Positions 30,747-39,325 of a DNA stretch of 64,000 bases are shown here, piece after piece; the first letter of the stretch is position 1, and each line of letters begins with the position of its first letter. Position numbers and translations under genes: made by a program. Origin of the DNA: an uncultured Chromatiaceae bacterium (GTDB lineage Bacteria > Pseudomonadota > Gammaproteobacteria > Chromatiales > Chromatiaceae); NCBI GenBank assembly GCA_937923175.1, contig CALALB010000039.1:4963-68962 (forward strand), in the 5' to 3' direction. The notes under the pieces are model-generated. The model was not told the DNA's origin, searched no databases, and worked only from the letters and a program-made list of their open reading frames with translations.

Positions 30747-31709
30747 ATGGATCATTATCGATTGCGCGCTGCTGAACCCGCCGATGCGGAGGCGTTGCGC
30801 GGGCTATTTGCGACCGTTTTTGGCAAACCAGTGACCGCCGAGGTGTGGTGCTGGAAATATCAGCAGAGCTGTGCCCTCGCCCGCTCGGCCGGTTACCCCT
30901 GCGCCGATTCTTTGATCGCCTGCACCCCAGCGGGCCAGATCATCGCCCATGCCGGCGCCTTAACCCTTCCAGGTTGGTATCAGGGCAGGGCCATCCCGAT
31001 CATCCAGGTCTGCGACGTGATGGTCCATCCCAAACACCGCGGTGGGCTGGGTAAAAACAACCTCTTTACGGTCCTATTGCGTGAACTTCTCAAGCGGATT
31101 GCTGAGCGTCTGCCGCATGCCTTTGGGTACGGATTCCCCGGCGAGCGTCCCTATCTGCTCGGCGAACGCGCCCGCGTCTATGCGCGTCTGGAAAGGGCCT
31201 TAGAGTTCAGTATCCAGCCAAAAAGGGGCCTGGGACTGTGGTATACCGCGCCTCTTGCCTGGGATGAGCCGCGGATCGATCTCCTGTGGGAGCGTCTCAA
31301 GGAGCAATGTCGGTTGGGTCTCATCCGCAATCGCGCCTATCTGCGCTGGCGTTATGCGGTAAACCCTGCCCATCGCTATCGGCTATATGGACTCTATCAC
31401 CTAGGCCGCTTACGCGGTTGGGGGGTGGTCACAGAAGAGCACAGCGAGCTGCGCCTAATCGATTTTTGGGGCCCAGGAGATCTTATCCGCCCTGGCTTAG
31501 GGGCCTTGGCCCGGCGGGTCGGCCTGGAGTTGGGACAGCAGGGGCAGGGGTTGAATGCATGGTTGCCCTCAGGCTACCGCCAGAGCTGGTGGGGGGAGGG
31601 AAGGGAGACGCCTGTCGTCGTCGCCCAGATGTGCTGGCCAGGAGCGCTGAGGCCGACAGTTGCCCTTGATCTTTTGTATTATACGATGGGTGATGTGGAC
31701 ATCTTTTAG
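30747..31709 (+). CDS. GNAT-like N-acetyltransferase (two-domain, 320 aa)
   Basis: YRLRAAEPADAEALRGLF ... VMVHPKHRGGLGKNNLF (acetyl-CoA pocket R-x-x-G-x-G-like) followed by a second alpha/beta half. Confidence 0.6.
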   Translation: MDHYRLRAAEPADAEALRGLFATVFGKPVTAEVWCWKYQQSCALARSAGYPCADSLIACTPAGQIIAHAGALTLPGWYQGRAIPIIQVCDVMVHPKHRGGLGKNNLFTVLLRELLKRIAERLPHAFGYGFPGERPYLLGERARVYARLERALEFSIQPKRGLGLWYTAPLAWDEPRIDLLWERLKEQCRLGLIRNRAYLRWRYAVNPAHRYRLYGLYHLGRLRGWGVVTEEHSELRLIDFWGPGDLIRPGLGALARRVGLELGQQGQGLNAWLPSGYRQSWWGEGRETPVVVAQMCWPGALRPTVALDLLYYTMGDVDIF

Positions 31710-32002
31710 GGTATGATGGTTTTTTAGTCCACTCTCCTTGGATCGGAAAGGAAGGGCAAGGGCAAGTTTCTAGCTTGAACCGTCTGGGCAGAGGCCCGGA
31801 GAGTCGGGTGGGATGCTCCGCCTATCGTTGCAAAAATGTAACACTGCCCCATTGGGGCAACAGCAGCGAGCTTGTTGTCAACATGCGACAGAGCCTGAGT
31901 ATAGCTATGAGAAGGTCTGCAAAAGACTTGTTTTCGCGCCCCCTTTGGGCATATCCTGTTGCTACGAGGTCAGCGGGTCGTCGCCAAATTTACGAATGTA
32001 GG

Positions 32003-32030
32003 TTGACAACAACAATTTGTGGTGTAGACT
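32003..32030 (+). promoter_or_regulatory. candidate sigma70-type promoter for the 32170 gene
   Basis: TTGACA (32003-32008), a 16-nt spacer, then TAGACT (32025-32030), about 140 nt upstream of the ATG. A GTTGACAAC palindrome overlaps the -35 and its partner GTTGTCAAC is at 31874-31882. Confidence 0.3.
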
Positions 32031-32169
32031 CCTGAACGAGCCGCGGGCCAGCGTGGCACCTGTTTTGGATGGGCGGCGCCTCTGCTAACCCAGCATGGGT
32101 CATCCGTAGAATCCGGCATCTCAACCCTTGGTCAGTTTCAACCTGATAAATCACAGGAGAACTCAAACG

Positions 32170-33360
32170 ATGTTTGCGAAAAACAAACTCGCATCCGCGG
32201 TTGCGGCAGCCATCGGCGTCTCGGCGGTTGGCGTGGCGCAGGCCGATACCGTCTTTTTCCCCTATGTGGCTCTCAGCGAGACCGTCACCACCGTCGTCAG
32301 CGTGATCAATACGACTGAAAACAACTGGAATTCCGATGGTTCAGCGCGCGCTGCCACCCATCTGCATTACCGGTTTTATTATAAGACTGGGGCCAATGCA
32401 AACAACTTGACGGCCAACTGCGAGGAGTATAACGAATATCTGCCAACCAGCCGCAATGATATCCAGACGATCGATTTAGGCGGTATCTTTGGCGCAAACA
32501 CCTCAGGCGTCCTGTTCAATGACCCCAGTGTCAATAACCAATGGCAACAGTCCGGCCGTGATTATGCCTTTGGCCGTTATCTCATCCCGGCACGCGGTTA
32601 TCTGACCGTCGATAACAGCAATGCCGATCCTAGTTTTATCGCCAACCGGGGGGAGTTGGCGAATATCCCCACGCTGAGCGGCGAGGCCTTCGTATTCGAG
32701 TTTGCCAGCGGCGCGGCCTGGGGCTATCCGGCCTATTCATCCTTGCCACCGCGGGCTATTACGGATACCCTCTATCCTGCCGATTTCCGTTACGCCGCAT
32801 CGCGCAACCCAGCGGATGTGGCGTTCATGCCCTTGTCTGAGGTTACCACTGCCTTCCTTGTGACCCCTGTTAGTGCGGATCAGACTCCGGATGTCGCGAA
32901 TAATTATCGGGCGCGTATCGATATTCGCAGCACTGTACGCGGTGATCTCTTTGATCGCGATGAGAACCTGATCTCCGGTACCTCGCCTGTGGATGTGGTC
33001 TGCGTGGGTCGCGTCAATCTCCCTGATCTGATCAGCGACGGGGTTGAGGCCCGTCTGAGCAATGGCGGCTGGGGTCGGGTGTGGAACTATCGCCTTGTCC
33101 AGGTCGGCAGCAACTGGGTCCCCGCCAACTTTGCGCGTGCTAACCAGCCCAGCACCGGCGGGCTGACTCCTACTCCAGCCAATGCTGCTGCGGGTGCGTT
33201 TGCAGATCCCCGTTACAATGCGGATGATGGCGCTGTTGTGATCAAGCTCGAGTATAATCTCGGCGCTACGCTCAACGGCGAGGCGGTGGGTGGCACCTAT
33301 AACAATGCCATCATGCTTCGGCCTGATCCCAACAACTATTTCCTGAATAATTATCAATAA
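32170..33360 (+). CDS. secreted protein of unknown family (396 aa, Asn/Thr/Ala/Gly-rich)
   Basis: ATG 32170 with caggaga upstream. Sec signal MFAKNKLASAVAAAIGVSAVGVAQA/DT. Only two Cys; no recognisable domain. Confidence 0.75.
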   Translation: MFAKNKLASAVAAAIGVSAVGVAQADTVFFPYVALSETVTTVVSVINTTENNWNSDGSARAATHLHYRFYYKTGANANNLTANCEEYNEYLPTSRNDIQTIDLGGIFGANTSGVLFNDPSVNNQWQQSGRDYAFGRYLIPARGYLTVDNSNADPSFIANRGELANIPTLSGEAFVFEFASGAAWGYPAYSSLPPRAITDTLYPADFRYAASRNPADVAFMPLSEVTTAFLVTPVSADQTPDVANNYRARIDIRSTVRGDLFDRDENLISGTSPVDVVCVGRVNLPDLISDGVEARLSNGGWGRVWNYRLVQVGSNWVPANFARANQPSTGGLTPTPANAAAGAFADPRYNADDGAVVIKLEYNLGATLNGEAVGGTYNNAIMLRPDPNNYFLNNYQ

Positions 33361-33386
33361 TCCCTTCTAGCACCTAATACCTTTGC

Positions 33387-33411
33387 AGGCCGCCATTAGG
33401 CGGCCTTTTTT
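33387..33411 (+). terminator. rho-independent terminator
   Basis: AGGCCGCC-ATTA-GGCGGCCT perfect 8-bp stem followed by T6, 27 nt after the stop codon. Confidence 0.8.
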
Positions 33412-33438
33412 ATGCCTATGCCTGTTAGCCATAGGCAT
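33412..33438 (+). terminator. second perfect hairpin immediately after the terminator
   Basis: ATGCCTATG - 9-nt loop - CATAGGCAT (9-bp stem). No T-run. Confidence 0.4.
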
Positions 33439-33479
33439 GGATGGGAGTGATCTTCTAAGCTGTATCGAGTGAGGTGCAA

Positions 33480-35273
33480 ATGGGAAATAAGAATTCTAAC
33501 CTTGCGTGGCTATTTGGCCTATGGGCAATCAGCAGTTATCTGGTTGCTGCCCCCCAGGATTCAACAGGCGGTTTGTTTAGGCCCCTGACCGGCGCCTGGA
33601 TGGAGGGCGCAGGTAACTGGGACTATGCCCTAGATGGTTCTGGCCAATTATGGCTTGCCTATTATGACCGCGATCGGTTGTTGAGATTGCGCACGCCCCA
33701 GCGACAGGAGCGCCTCTTGGTCCCCGACAACCGAGCCCAGTCGCCCTCGGGGATTGCGCTTGCACCCACCGCCAGAGGGGTGATCGCCCTGTGGCGCGAT
33801 AAGCATCCAGATAAAGGCCTGTATCTGCTCGACAGCGAAAGGATGGCACCGGATAGGCCGATCAACCCAATCGAGATCGGCGGCGACACCGAACCCTTGG
33901 CGCGTTTTGTCGCCCGCGTGGATCAAGACGACCGGGTACATCTGCTCTGGTATGGCGAAAAGGCCGGCCAGCCGACTGGAAGCATCCACAACCTTTATTA
34001 CCGGCTGTTTGATCGTAAGACCGGCGAGCTTTCGCCGATCGAGTTGGTTGCTGCTGGGATCTATCCAGTGATGGCTGTAGATCAAGGGGGCAACCTGGTC
34101 GTGGTCAGCTGGCAGGGCGACGTCCAAGGTCGGCGGATCGTCGCCCGCGCCCGACCTGCAGGCGGCCAGTTCGCCGAGCCCGTGGTGATTGCCGATGATG
34201 TCTCGGAGATCACCCCAGTCTTCGAGGCCTTTCATGTCAATGACCGATGGTTGGTCTTTTGGGTCTCACAATATGGGCTCGATCGGCGCGGTTTTCGGCT
34301 GGAAGGTGCCTATTCCGACGATCTAGGCAAGAGCTGGCAGCGCCTTGATTTTCCCGCCCTCCATGGCTATGACATCGCCAATCTGAATCTGGCCGATGAC
34401 GGCCAAGGCCATCTGGTCTTGGCGATCACTGCGCGCCAGCGCACCCAGCCGAATGAGCAAAAACAGGATGTCTATGTCATCCGCTCCTCTGACCGCGGTA
34501 CCAGCTGGTCTGAGCCGACCAGGCTGCGCAGCAGTGACCCTGAAACCCTGGCGCTGTTTCGTGCCCGCTATCCCGTGGTCGCATTTGGTCGGAGGCCGGG
34601 TCAGGTTCTGGTGGTCTGGGAGGATTGGCGCACCATCCGCTCAAGCCTATATGCCAGCCTGTCGAACGACTATGGGGCGACCTGGCAGCCCTCTGAGGTC
34701 CCTGTACCGCGCGAGCCTGGAACCAATCTGGGTCTACGCTATGCGCCCAATGCGCTCTATGCCACAGACCAGGGTTTCCATCTGATCGCCGAGCATTACC
34801 CGGATGACCAGCTGAAAGAACAGAGGCTCGTGGCATTGGCGTTCGATGAGACAAATCTCAAGCAATGGGCCGAGGCAGCGCGCCACCAGCAGGTCAAGGC
34901 GGATGAAGGCTCATTGCGCAAACGGGTCGAATCCTACTGGCAGGCGATGCAGCAGGGGGACTACAAGACCACCTATGAGCACCTCGACTCATTCTTCAGG
35001 TCCTTGACGCCGCTTGATGTCTATCTCTCCAAGATGGGCAAGATCAAATATACCCAGGCCAAGATCGAAGGGGTCCAGATCAAGGGGCCGATCGCCGAGG
35101 TTCGCCTTCAGGTGCAAGCATCCATCCCGCCCTTTAAGGCACAGACGACCGGCGAGACAATTAAAAGGGATGAACGGCGGATTCAGATCCTAGAGCGCTG
35201 GCTGTGGATCGATGGCGACTGGTTTAAGGAATTCCGGATCGAGTCGCAGGATATCGCCTTTACTCGCTATTGA
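33480..35273 (+). CDS. secreted BNR/Asp-box repeat protein (sialidase-like beta-propeller) with NTF2-like C-terminal domain
   Basis: ATG 33480 (GAGG 5 nt upstream; the ORF opens at GTG 33474). Signal peptide LAWLFGLWAISSYLVAA. Asp-boxes YSDDLGKSWQ, SSDRGTSWSE and LSNDYGATWQ. Confidence 0.75.
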   Translation: MGNKNSNLAWLFGLWAISSYLVAAPQDSTGGLFRPLTGAWMEGAGNWDYALDGSGQLWLAYYDRDRLLRLRTPQRQERLLVPDNRAQSPSGIALAPTARGVIALWRDKHPDKGLYLLDSERMAPDRPINPIEIGGDTEPLARFVARVDQDDRVHLLWYGEKAGQPTGSIHNLYYRLFDRKTGELSPIELVAAGIYPVMAVDQGGNLVVVSWQGDVQGRRIVARARPAGGQFAEPVVIADDVSEITPVFEAFHVNDRWLVFWVSQYGLDRRGFRLEGAYSDDLGKSWQRLDFPALHGYDIANLNLADDGQGHLVLAITARQRTQPNEQKQDVYVIRSSDRGTSWSEPTRLRSSDPETLALFRARYPVVAFGRRPGQVLVVWEDWRTIRSSLYASLSNDYGATWQPSEVPVPREPGTNLGLRYAPNALYATDQGFHLIAEHYPDDQLKEQRLVALAFDETNLKQWAEAARHQQVKADEGSLRKRVESYWQAMQQGDYKTTYEHLDSFFRSLTPLDVYLSKMGKIKYTQAKIEGVQIKGPIAEVRLQVQASIPPFKAQTTGETIKRDERRIQILERWLWIDGDWFKEFRIESQDIAFTRY

Positions 35274-35326
35274 CTGGCTGAGATTGGGCCAATCCAGGGT
35301 TCGTCCAATCGGCGCGGTCAGGATGT

Positions 35327-35346
35327 CAGGGTGTCATTACACCCTG
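35327..35346 (+). terminator. perfect hairpin downstream of the BNR gene (possible terminator/attenuator, no T-run)
   Basis: CAGGGTGT-CATT-ACACCCTG. Confidence 0.35.
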
Positions 35347-35437
35347 GCATCCCCCTGCAAGCGTTAAATAATCGCCGGCGCCCTGGCATTTAGACCTTGC
35401 CCAATATCCTGCTGCCTGCCGGTTAGGGAGAGCCCCA

Positions 35438-36592
35438 GTGCATCTCTTGATCCTGCACCTTGCGACTGTCTTCGGCGGCGCCGAGCGCACGACCAGCAAT
35501 CTGCTGACCTATCTAGACCGGGGGGTGGTGCGCCGTCTGACCCTGGCTGGGCCTGCAGCCCTGCGCCCACTCGTCCCGGCGCATTATGACGCCTTTATCG
35601 ATACCTCGGGTGTGATTCAGCGCGGTTGGTTTACCGGTGCCCGCGAGCTTTGGCAGGAGACGAGGTCAGCGGGCGCGTTGCTTGCCTCAGTGCAGCCAAG
35701 ACCGCAGGTGATCCTGGGGATGATGCATTATCCGGCAGCGCTTGCCGTATTTGGGGCATGCCGCTCTCGCCTGCCGGTCAAGACCATCGCCAGCCTGCGC
35801 GGCCCGGTCTATGAGCATATGCGTCGCTATGAGCATGGGATTTGGCGCAGGTCATTTTTGACCCTCGCGGTGGGGGCAACGGCGCGCCTCGCTGATCGGG
35901 TGATCGTGCCATCGGCAGGTACTGGCGATGAGCTCAAACGCCGCTTTTGGGGACCGGAAGACAGGATCCGGGTCATCCCCAATGGGATCGACCTCGCTGA
36001 GGCAAGACGGCTCGCCGCTGAGCCGGCGCAGGGTCTTGAGGATCTGCCCGCTGGATGGCCAAGGCTGTGTACGGCAGCGCGACTCTCCGCCGAAAAGGAT
36101 TTGCGGCTCTTGCTCGAGTCGTTTCGGCGCCTCCAGGCCATGCAGCCTGCTGTCTTGATCCTGGTCGGCGATGGCCCCGAGCGCCCCAGGCTCCAACAGC
36201 AGGTGGCCGACTGGGGCCTGGGGGAGCGGGTGCGTTTTGTCGGAGAACGCGCCAATGTTTATCCCTATATGGCCCAGGCGGATCTCTATGTCCATACCTG
36301 TCAATTTGAGGGCTTTGGCTATACGATGCTTGAGGCCCTGGCCTGTGGGACCCCGGTAGTCGCCACCGATTGCCCCTATGGACCGCGGGAGGTGCTGGGC
36401 GCTGGGCGCTATGGGGTCTTGGTGCCACCTGGCGATGCCGAGTCTCTGGCCCAAGCATTGGCCTCCGTGCTCGCCGACCTAGAGCGCCGGCAGGAATTGT
36501 CTGAGTTGGGGCGAAGGCGCGCTGAAGGGCTATCGGTCGAACGGATGGCGCGCGGCTATGAGCAGGTATTTGGAGAATTGTTGGGCAGGTAG
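35438..36592 (+). CDS. glycosyltransferase family 4 (GT-B, GT1-group)
   Basis: GTG start with agggagag upstream. N-terminal LILHLATVFGGAERTT and C-terminal FEGFGYTMLEALACGTPVVATD (E-x7-E region). Confidence 0.8.
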   Translation: MHLLILHLATVFGGAERTTSNLLTYLDRGVVRRLTLAGPAALRPLVPAHYDAFIDTSGVIQRGWFTGARELWQETRSAGALLASVQPRPQVILGMMHYPAALAVFGACRSRLPVKTIASLRGPVYEHMRRYEHGIWRRSFLTLAVGATARLADRVIVPSAGTGDELKRRFWGPEDRIRVIPNGIDLAEARRLAAEPAQGLEDLPAGWPRLCTAARLSAEKDLRLLLESFRRLQAMQPAVLILVGDGPERPRLQQQVADWGLGERVRFVGERANVYPYMAQADLYVHTCQFEGFGYTMLEALACGTPVVATDCPYGPREVLGAGRYGVLVPPGDAESLAQALASVLADLERRQELSELGRRRAEGLSVERMARGYEQVFGELLGR

Positions 36593-36662
36593 GGTGCGCA
36601 CTGCGTGCCCGGCCTTCCATCACCCCGCTTGGCCCCCTAGCAGGTAACCCAATGGGCGCCTG

Positions 36663-37874
36663 ATGGATACTGCAATGCGATCGCCGACCCCTTCTGATGC
36701 TTGGCAGCGGATTGCCAGACTAGGTGTCTCCCTGCTCGGCGCAACCCTGGGCGTAGCCCTTTGGCTTGGTTTGCTCTACTGGCTCGGCGATGACCCCGAG
36801 CGGCCAAGGATCCAGTTGGAGGCCGAATCCTTACAGCTCACTGCAGGGGAGGGCTCCCAAACCGACCAAGGACTGGCGATCAGTCGCCCAGGGGCTAATG
36901 GACTGATCTTGGTGCAGGGGGGCATTCAGCCATTGCGCGCGCGCGACTATCAGGTCCTGAGATGGAGGATCCAGGGTCTGGAAGAGGCGCATGAGCTGCG
37001 TCTGGTTTGGGCAAGCCCAGCGAGCGTGCGCAGGCCCTTTGATCGGGTCCTGACCCCGGCTGAACGGCGCGCGGGTATGATCAGGCTCGATGCTGATCCC
37101 AGATGGGAAGGAATGATCATTGCCTTGGGTCTAGCCATCGTTACGCCGCCTGGCAGCTCTGATGGACCCTGGGTCATCCAATCACTCAGCATTCTGCCGA
37201 CCCGTCCAAGGCCTTCCGAACTGATGCATCTGATCTGGTCCGATTGGCTGAGCGATCAGGGCTGGGTGGGGCGCTCGATCAATTTTACCGATTCGGCAGC
37301 AGGCCAGGGGCGCGTCCGCCCGCTCTGGCCGATCGCTGTATGGTGCGGTCTGGCTATATTGCTGTCTCTCTTGTTGGCCATACCCTGGCGCGGCAATCAT
37401 TCCTGGTGGCCCTATCTGCTGATCCTGTGGCTCGGCTGGCTCGCACTCGATATCCGCTGGCAGATCTTGCTGTCAGGGCGCCTGGATCATATCCGCTCGC
37501 TGTATGCCGGGCTTGCCGGTGAAGAACGCCACAGGGTCAGTTTAGACCAGCCATTTTGGCCGATCGTCCAATCCTTGCGTGCCAAATTGGGTCCCCAACC
37601 GCAGCGTCTGTTGATCCTCGCCGATCCAGCCGACTATGTCGCCAATCGTTTGCGTTATCACCTGCTGCCGCATAATGTCCGGCTAGTGCCTGAGCTCGCG
37701 GACACCACTGGGCTGCGGGTGGGCGACGCGCTGCTTCTGCTCAGCCCAGTCGCCCGCGGGTCTTATGATCCAGCCCGCGCCGAACTGAGAGGCTCCCAGC
37801 GGCGGGTACGGGTGGAGCAGCAGCTCGATCTGGGTGGGTTTGGGGTATTGCTGCAGGTAACCGAGGTCGATTGA
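36663..37874 (+). CDS. membrane protein, unknown family (N-terminal TM, ~170-aa extracytoplasmic domain, then several TM helices)
   Basis: 403-aa ORF. Hydrophobic segments LGVSLLGATLGVALWLGLLYWL, WPIAVWCGLAILLSLLLAI and WWPYLLILWLGWLAL. Its stop overlaps the next start (TGATG at 37872-37876). Confidence 0.65.
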   Translation: MDTAMRSPTPSDAWQRIARLGVSLLGATLGVALWLGLLYWLGDDPERPRIQLEAESLQLTAGEGSQTDQGLAISRPGANGLILVQGGIQPLRARDYQVLRWRIQGLEEAHELRLVWASPASVRRPFDRVLTPAERRAGMIRLDADPRWEGMIIALGLAIVTPPGSSDGPWVIQSLSILPTRPRPSELMHLIWSDWLSDQGWVGRSINFTDSAAGQGRVRPLWPIAVWCGLAILLSLLLAIPWRGNHSWWPYLLILWLGWLALDIRWQILLSGRLDHIRSLYAGLAGEERHRVSLDQPFWPIVQSLRAKLGPQPQRLLILADPADYVANRLRYHLLPHNVRLVPELADTTGLRVGDALLLLSPVARGSYDPARAELRGSQRRVRVEQQLDLGGFGVLLQVTEVD

Positions 37875-39325
37875 TGGGCTGGATAGGGGTGGGATTGGCA
37901 TTATTGTTGCCTTGGCTAGCCGGGGCACTGGCGCTGCGTCGCCTTTGGCTGGATGGCAAGGCTGGCGCTTGGGCCTTGTATATCGGCTATGGCTATTGGC
38001 TGGGGCTGCCTGGGGCAGCGTTAGGGTTAATGGCGCTGTCGGGCTTTGGCCTGAGGCCGGCCTTCTGGCTGATCCTGCTCTCGTGTTTGGCGATCACCGG
38101 CTGGGCCGGACGCGATCTTGGCTGGCCAAAAGGATTCGTTGCTGGGGAATTGGGCGCTGGGCGTCCCGTTCTCCATGCCCTGCGGCTTAGACGGATTGGA
38201 TGGCAGGGGGGGCTGATTCTGGCGCTATCACTCTGGCTTGGCTGGCGCCTGGCGATCTTGGCGCTCCATGTCTGGTATCAACCCCTGTTTCCCTGGGATG
38301 CCTGGACGACCTGGGCGCTGCGGGCGCGGGTGTGGTCTGAGCTCGGCCAACTCGTCCCCTTTGTTGCCCCAGAGCGCTGGGCAACTGAGCAGTCGGATAG
38401 GCTTTATACGCTCGAGGCTTGGCGCTATCCGCCCTTGGTCTCGCTCATCGCGCTTTGGCCGACCCTTCCGCTGCAACGCTGGGATGAGACTGCAGCCAAT
38501 CTGCCTTGGTTAGGGGCCGGGTTGAGTTTGGGCTTGGGGCTCTATGCTCAGCTACGCCGCTGGGGGGCGGATCGACTCACTAGTCTATTTGGGGTGTGGT
38601 TACTGATGTCTCTGCCCCTGCTGGAGACCCATATCGCCTTGGCTGGCTATGCCGATCTCTGGCTGGCCGGCGCCCTGGGGTTGAGCCTGATCGCCTTTCT
38701 TCACTGGGTGCGTTCGGGCGAGCGCCAGCAGTTGGCACTATGCCTGATCCTGGCAGCGGCTTGGCCGCTGATCAAGCTAGAGGGGACGGTTTGGCTGAGC
38801 TTGCTGGTTCTGGGACTGATTGTTGCCAGGCCGCGCTGGGGCCGGCTGGGTTTGGCGCTCGCCGGGGCGATGGCACTCGGTCTGCTCGCCCTATGGTTCA
38901 TCGGCATCAGGCTTGCCACCCCCTGGGGTATGCTCGAGCTGAGCACCCAGGCCATCGCATTCCCCTTCATCGGGCATTTTGCACTCGGCTATCACCCGAA
39001 TTGGTGGGCGCTCGGCCTGATGCTTTTTGGGCTTGAGAATTGGCATCTACTTGGATATCTGCTGATCGCCGGGATCATGCTTGCCGGTCATCGGCTCATC
39101 CGGGGCGGCGAGCCCTGGCTGCGCGCCGCCTTTGTCCTCGTCAGCGGCAGCCTTGGGCTGTTATGGGTCCTCTTTTTTCTAACCGATGCCGCCGCCTGGT
39201 TGGAGCAAGGGACAGCATCCGGGCGGCTTTTGCTTCAGTTTGCGGTGCTCTATGTCTTTTTCCTGCTAGTGCTTTGGCTCGATATTCAAGGGGTCGGATC
39301 GCCTGCAGCCAAGAGTTCCCGATAA
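37874..39325 (+). CDS. large polytopic membrane protein (>=10 TM), candidate GT-C-type glycosyltransferase / polymerase-ligase-like
   Basis: About 483 aa, almost entirely hydrophobic helices, translationally coupled to the preceding gene. The family call is by topology only. Confidence 0.6.
   Translation: MGWIGVGLALLLPWLAGALALRRLWLDGKAGAWALYIGYGYWLGLPGAALGLMALSGFGLRPAFWLILLSCLAITGWAGRDLGWPKGFVAGELGAGRPVLHALRLRRIGWQGGLILALSLWLGWRLAILALHVWYQPLFPWDAWTTWALRARVWSELGQLVPFVAPERWATEQSDRLYTLEAWRYPPLVSLIALWPTLPLQRWDETAANLPWLGAGLSLGLGLYAQLRRWGADRLTSLFGVWLLMSLPLLETHIALAGYADLWLAGALGLSLIAFLHWVRSGERQQLALCLILAAAWPLIKLEGTVWLSLLVLGLIVARPRWGRLGLALAGAMALGLLALWFIGIRLATPWGMLELSTQAIAFPFIGHFALGYHPNWWALGLMLFGLENWHLLGYLLIAGIMLAGHRLIRGGEPWLRAAFVLVSGSLGLLWVLFFLTDAAAWLEQGTASGRLLLQFAVLYVFFLLVLWLDIQGVGSPAAKSSR

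Noticed and set aside
31775-32035. 86-aa ORF within the long leader of the orphan secreted protein gene.
   Set aside because: It has no Shine-Dalgarno sequence and an odd composition, and it overlaps the predicted promoter. It is more likely non-coding regulatory DNA.
32054-32069. TGGCAC-N5-TTGGA sigma54-like element upstream of the orphan secreted protein gene.
   Set aside because: The -12 element is TTGG rather than TTGC. I cannot distinguish it from chance, so it is mentioned only as an alternative to the sigma70-type promoter.
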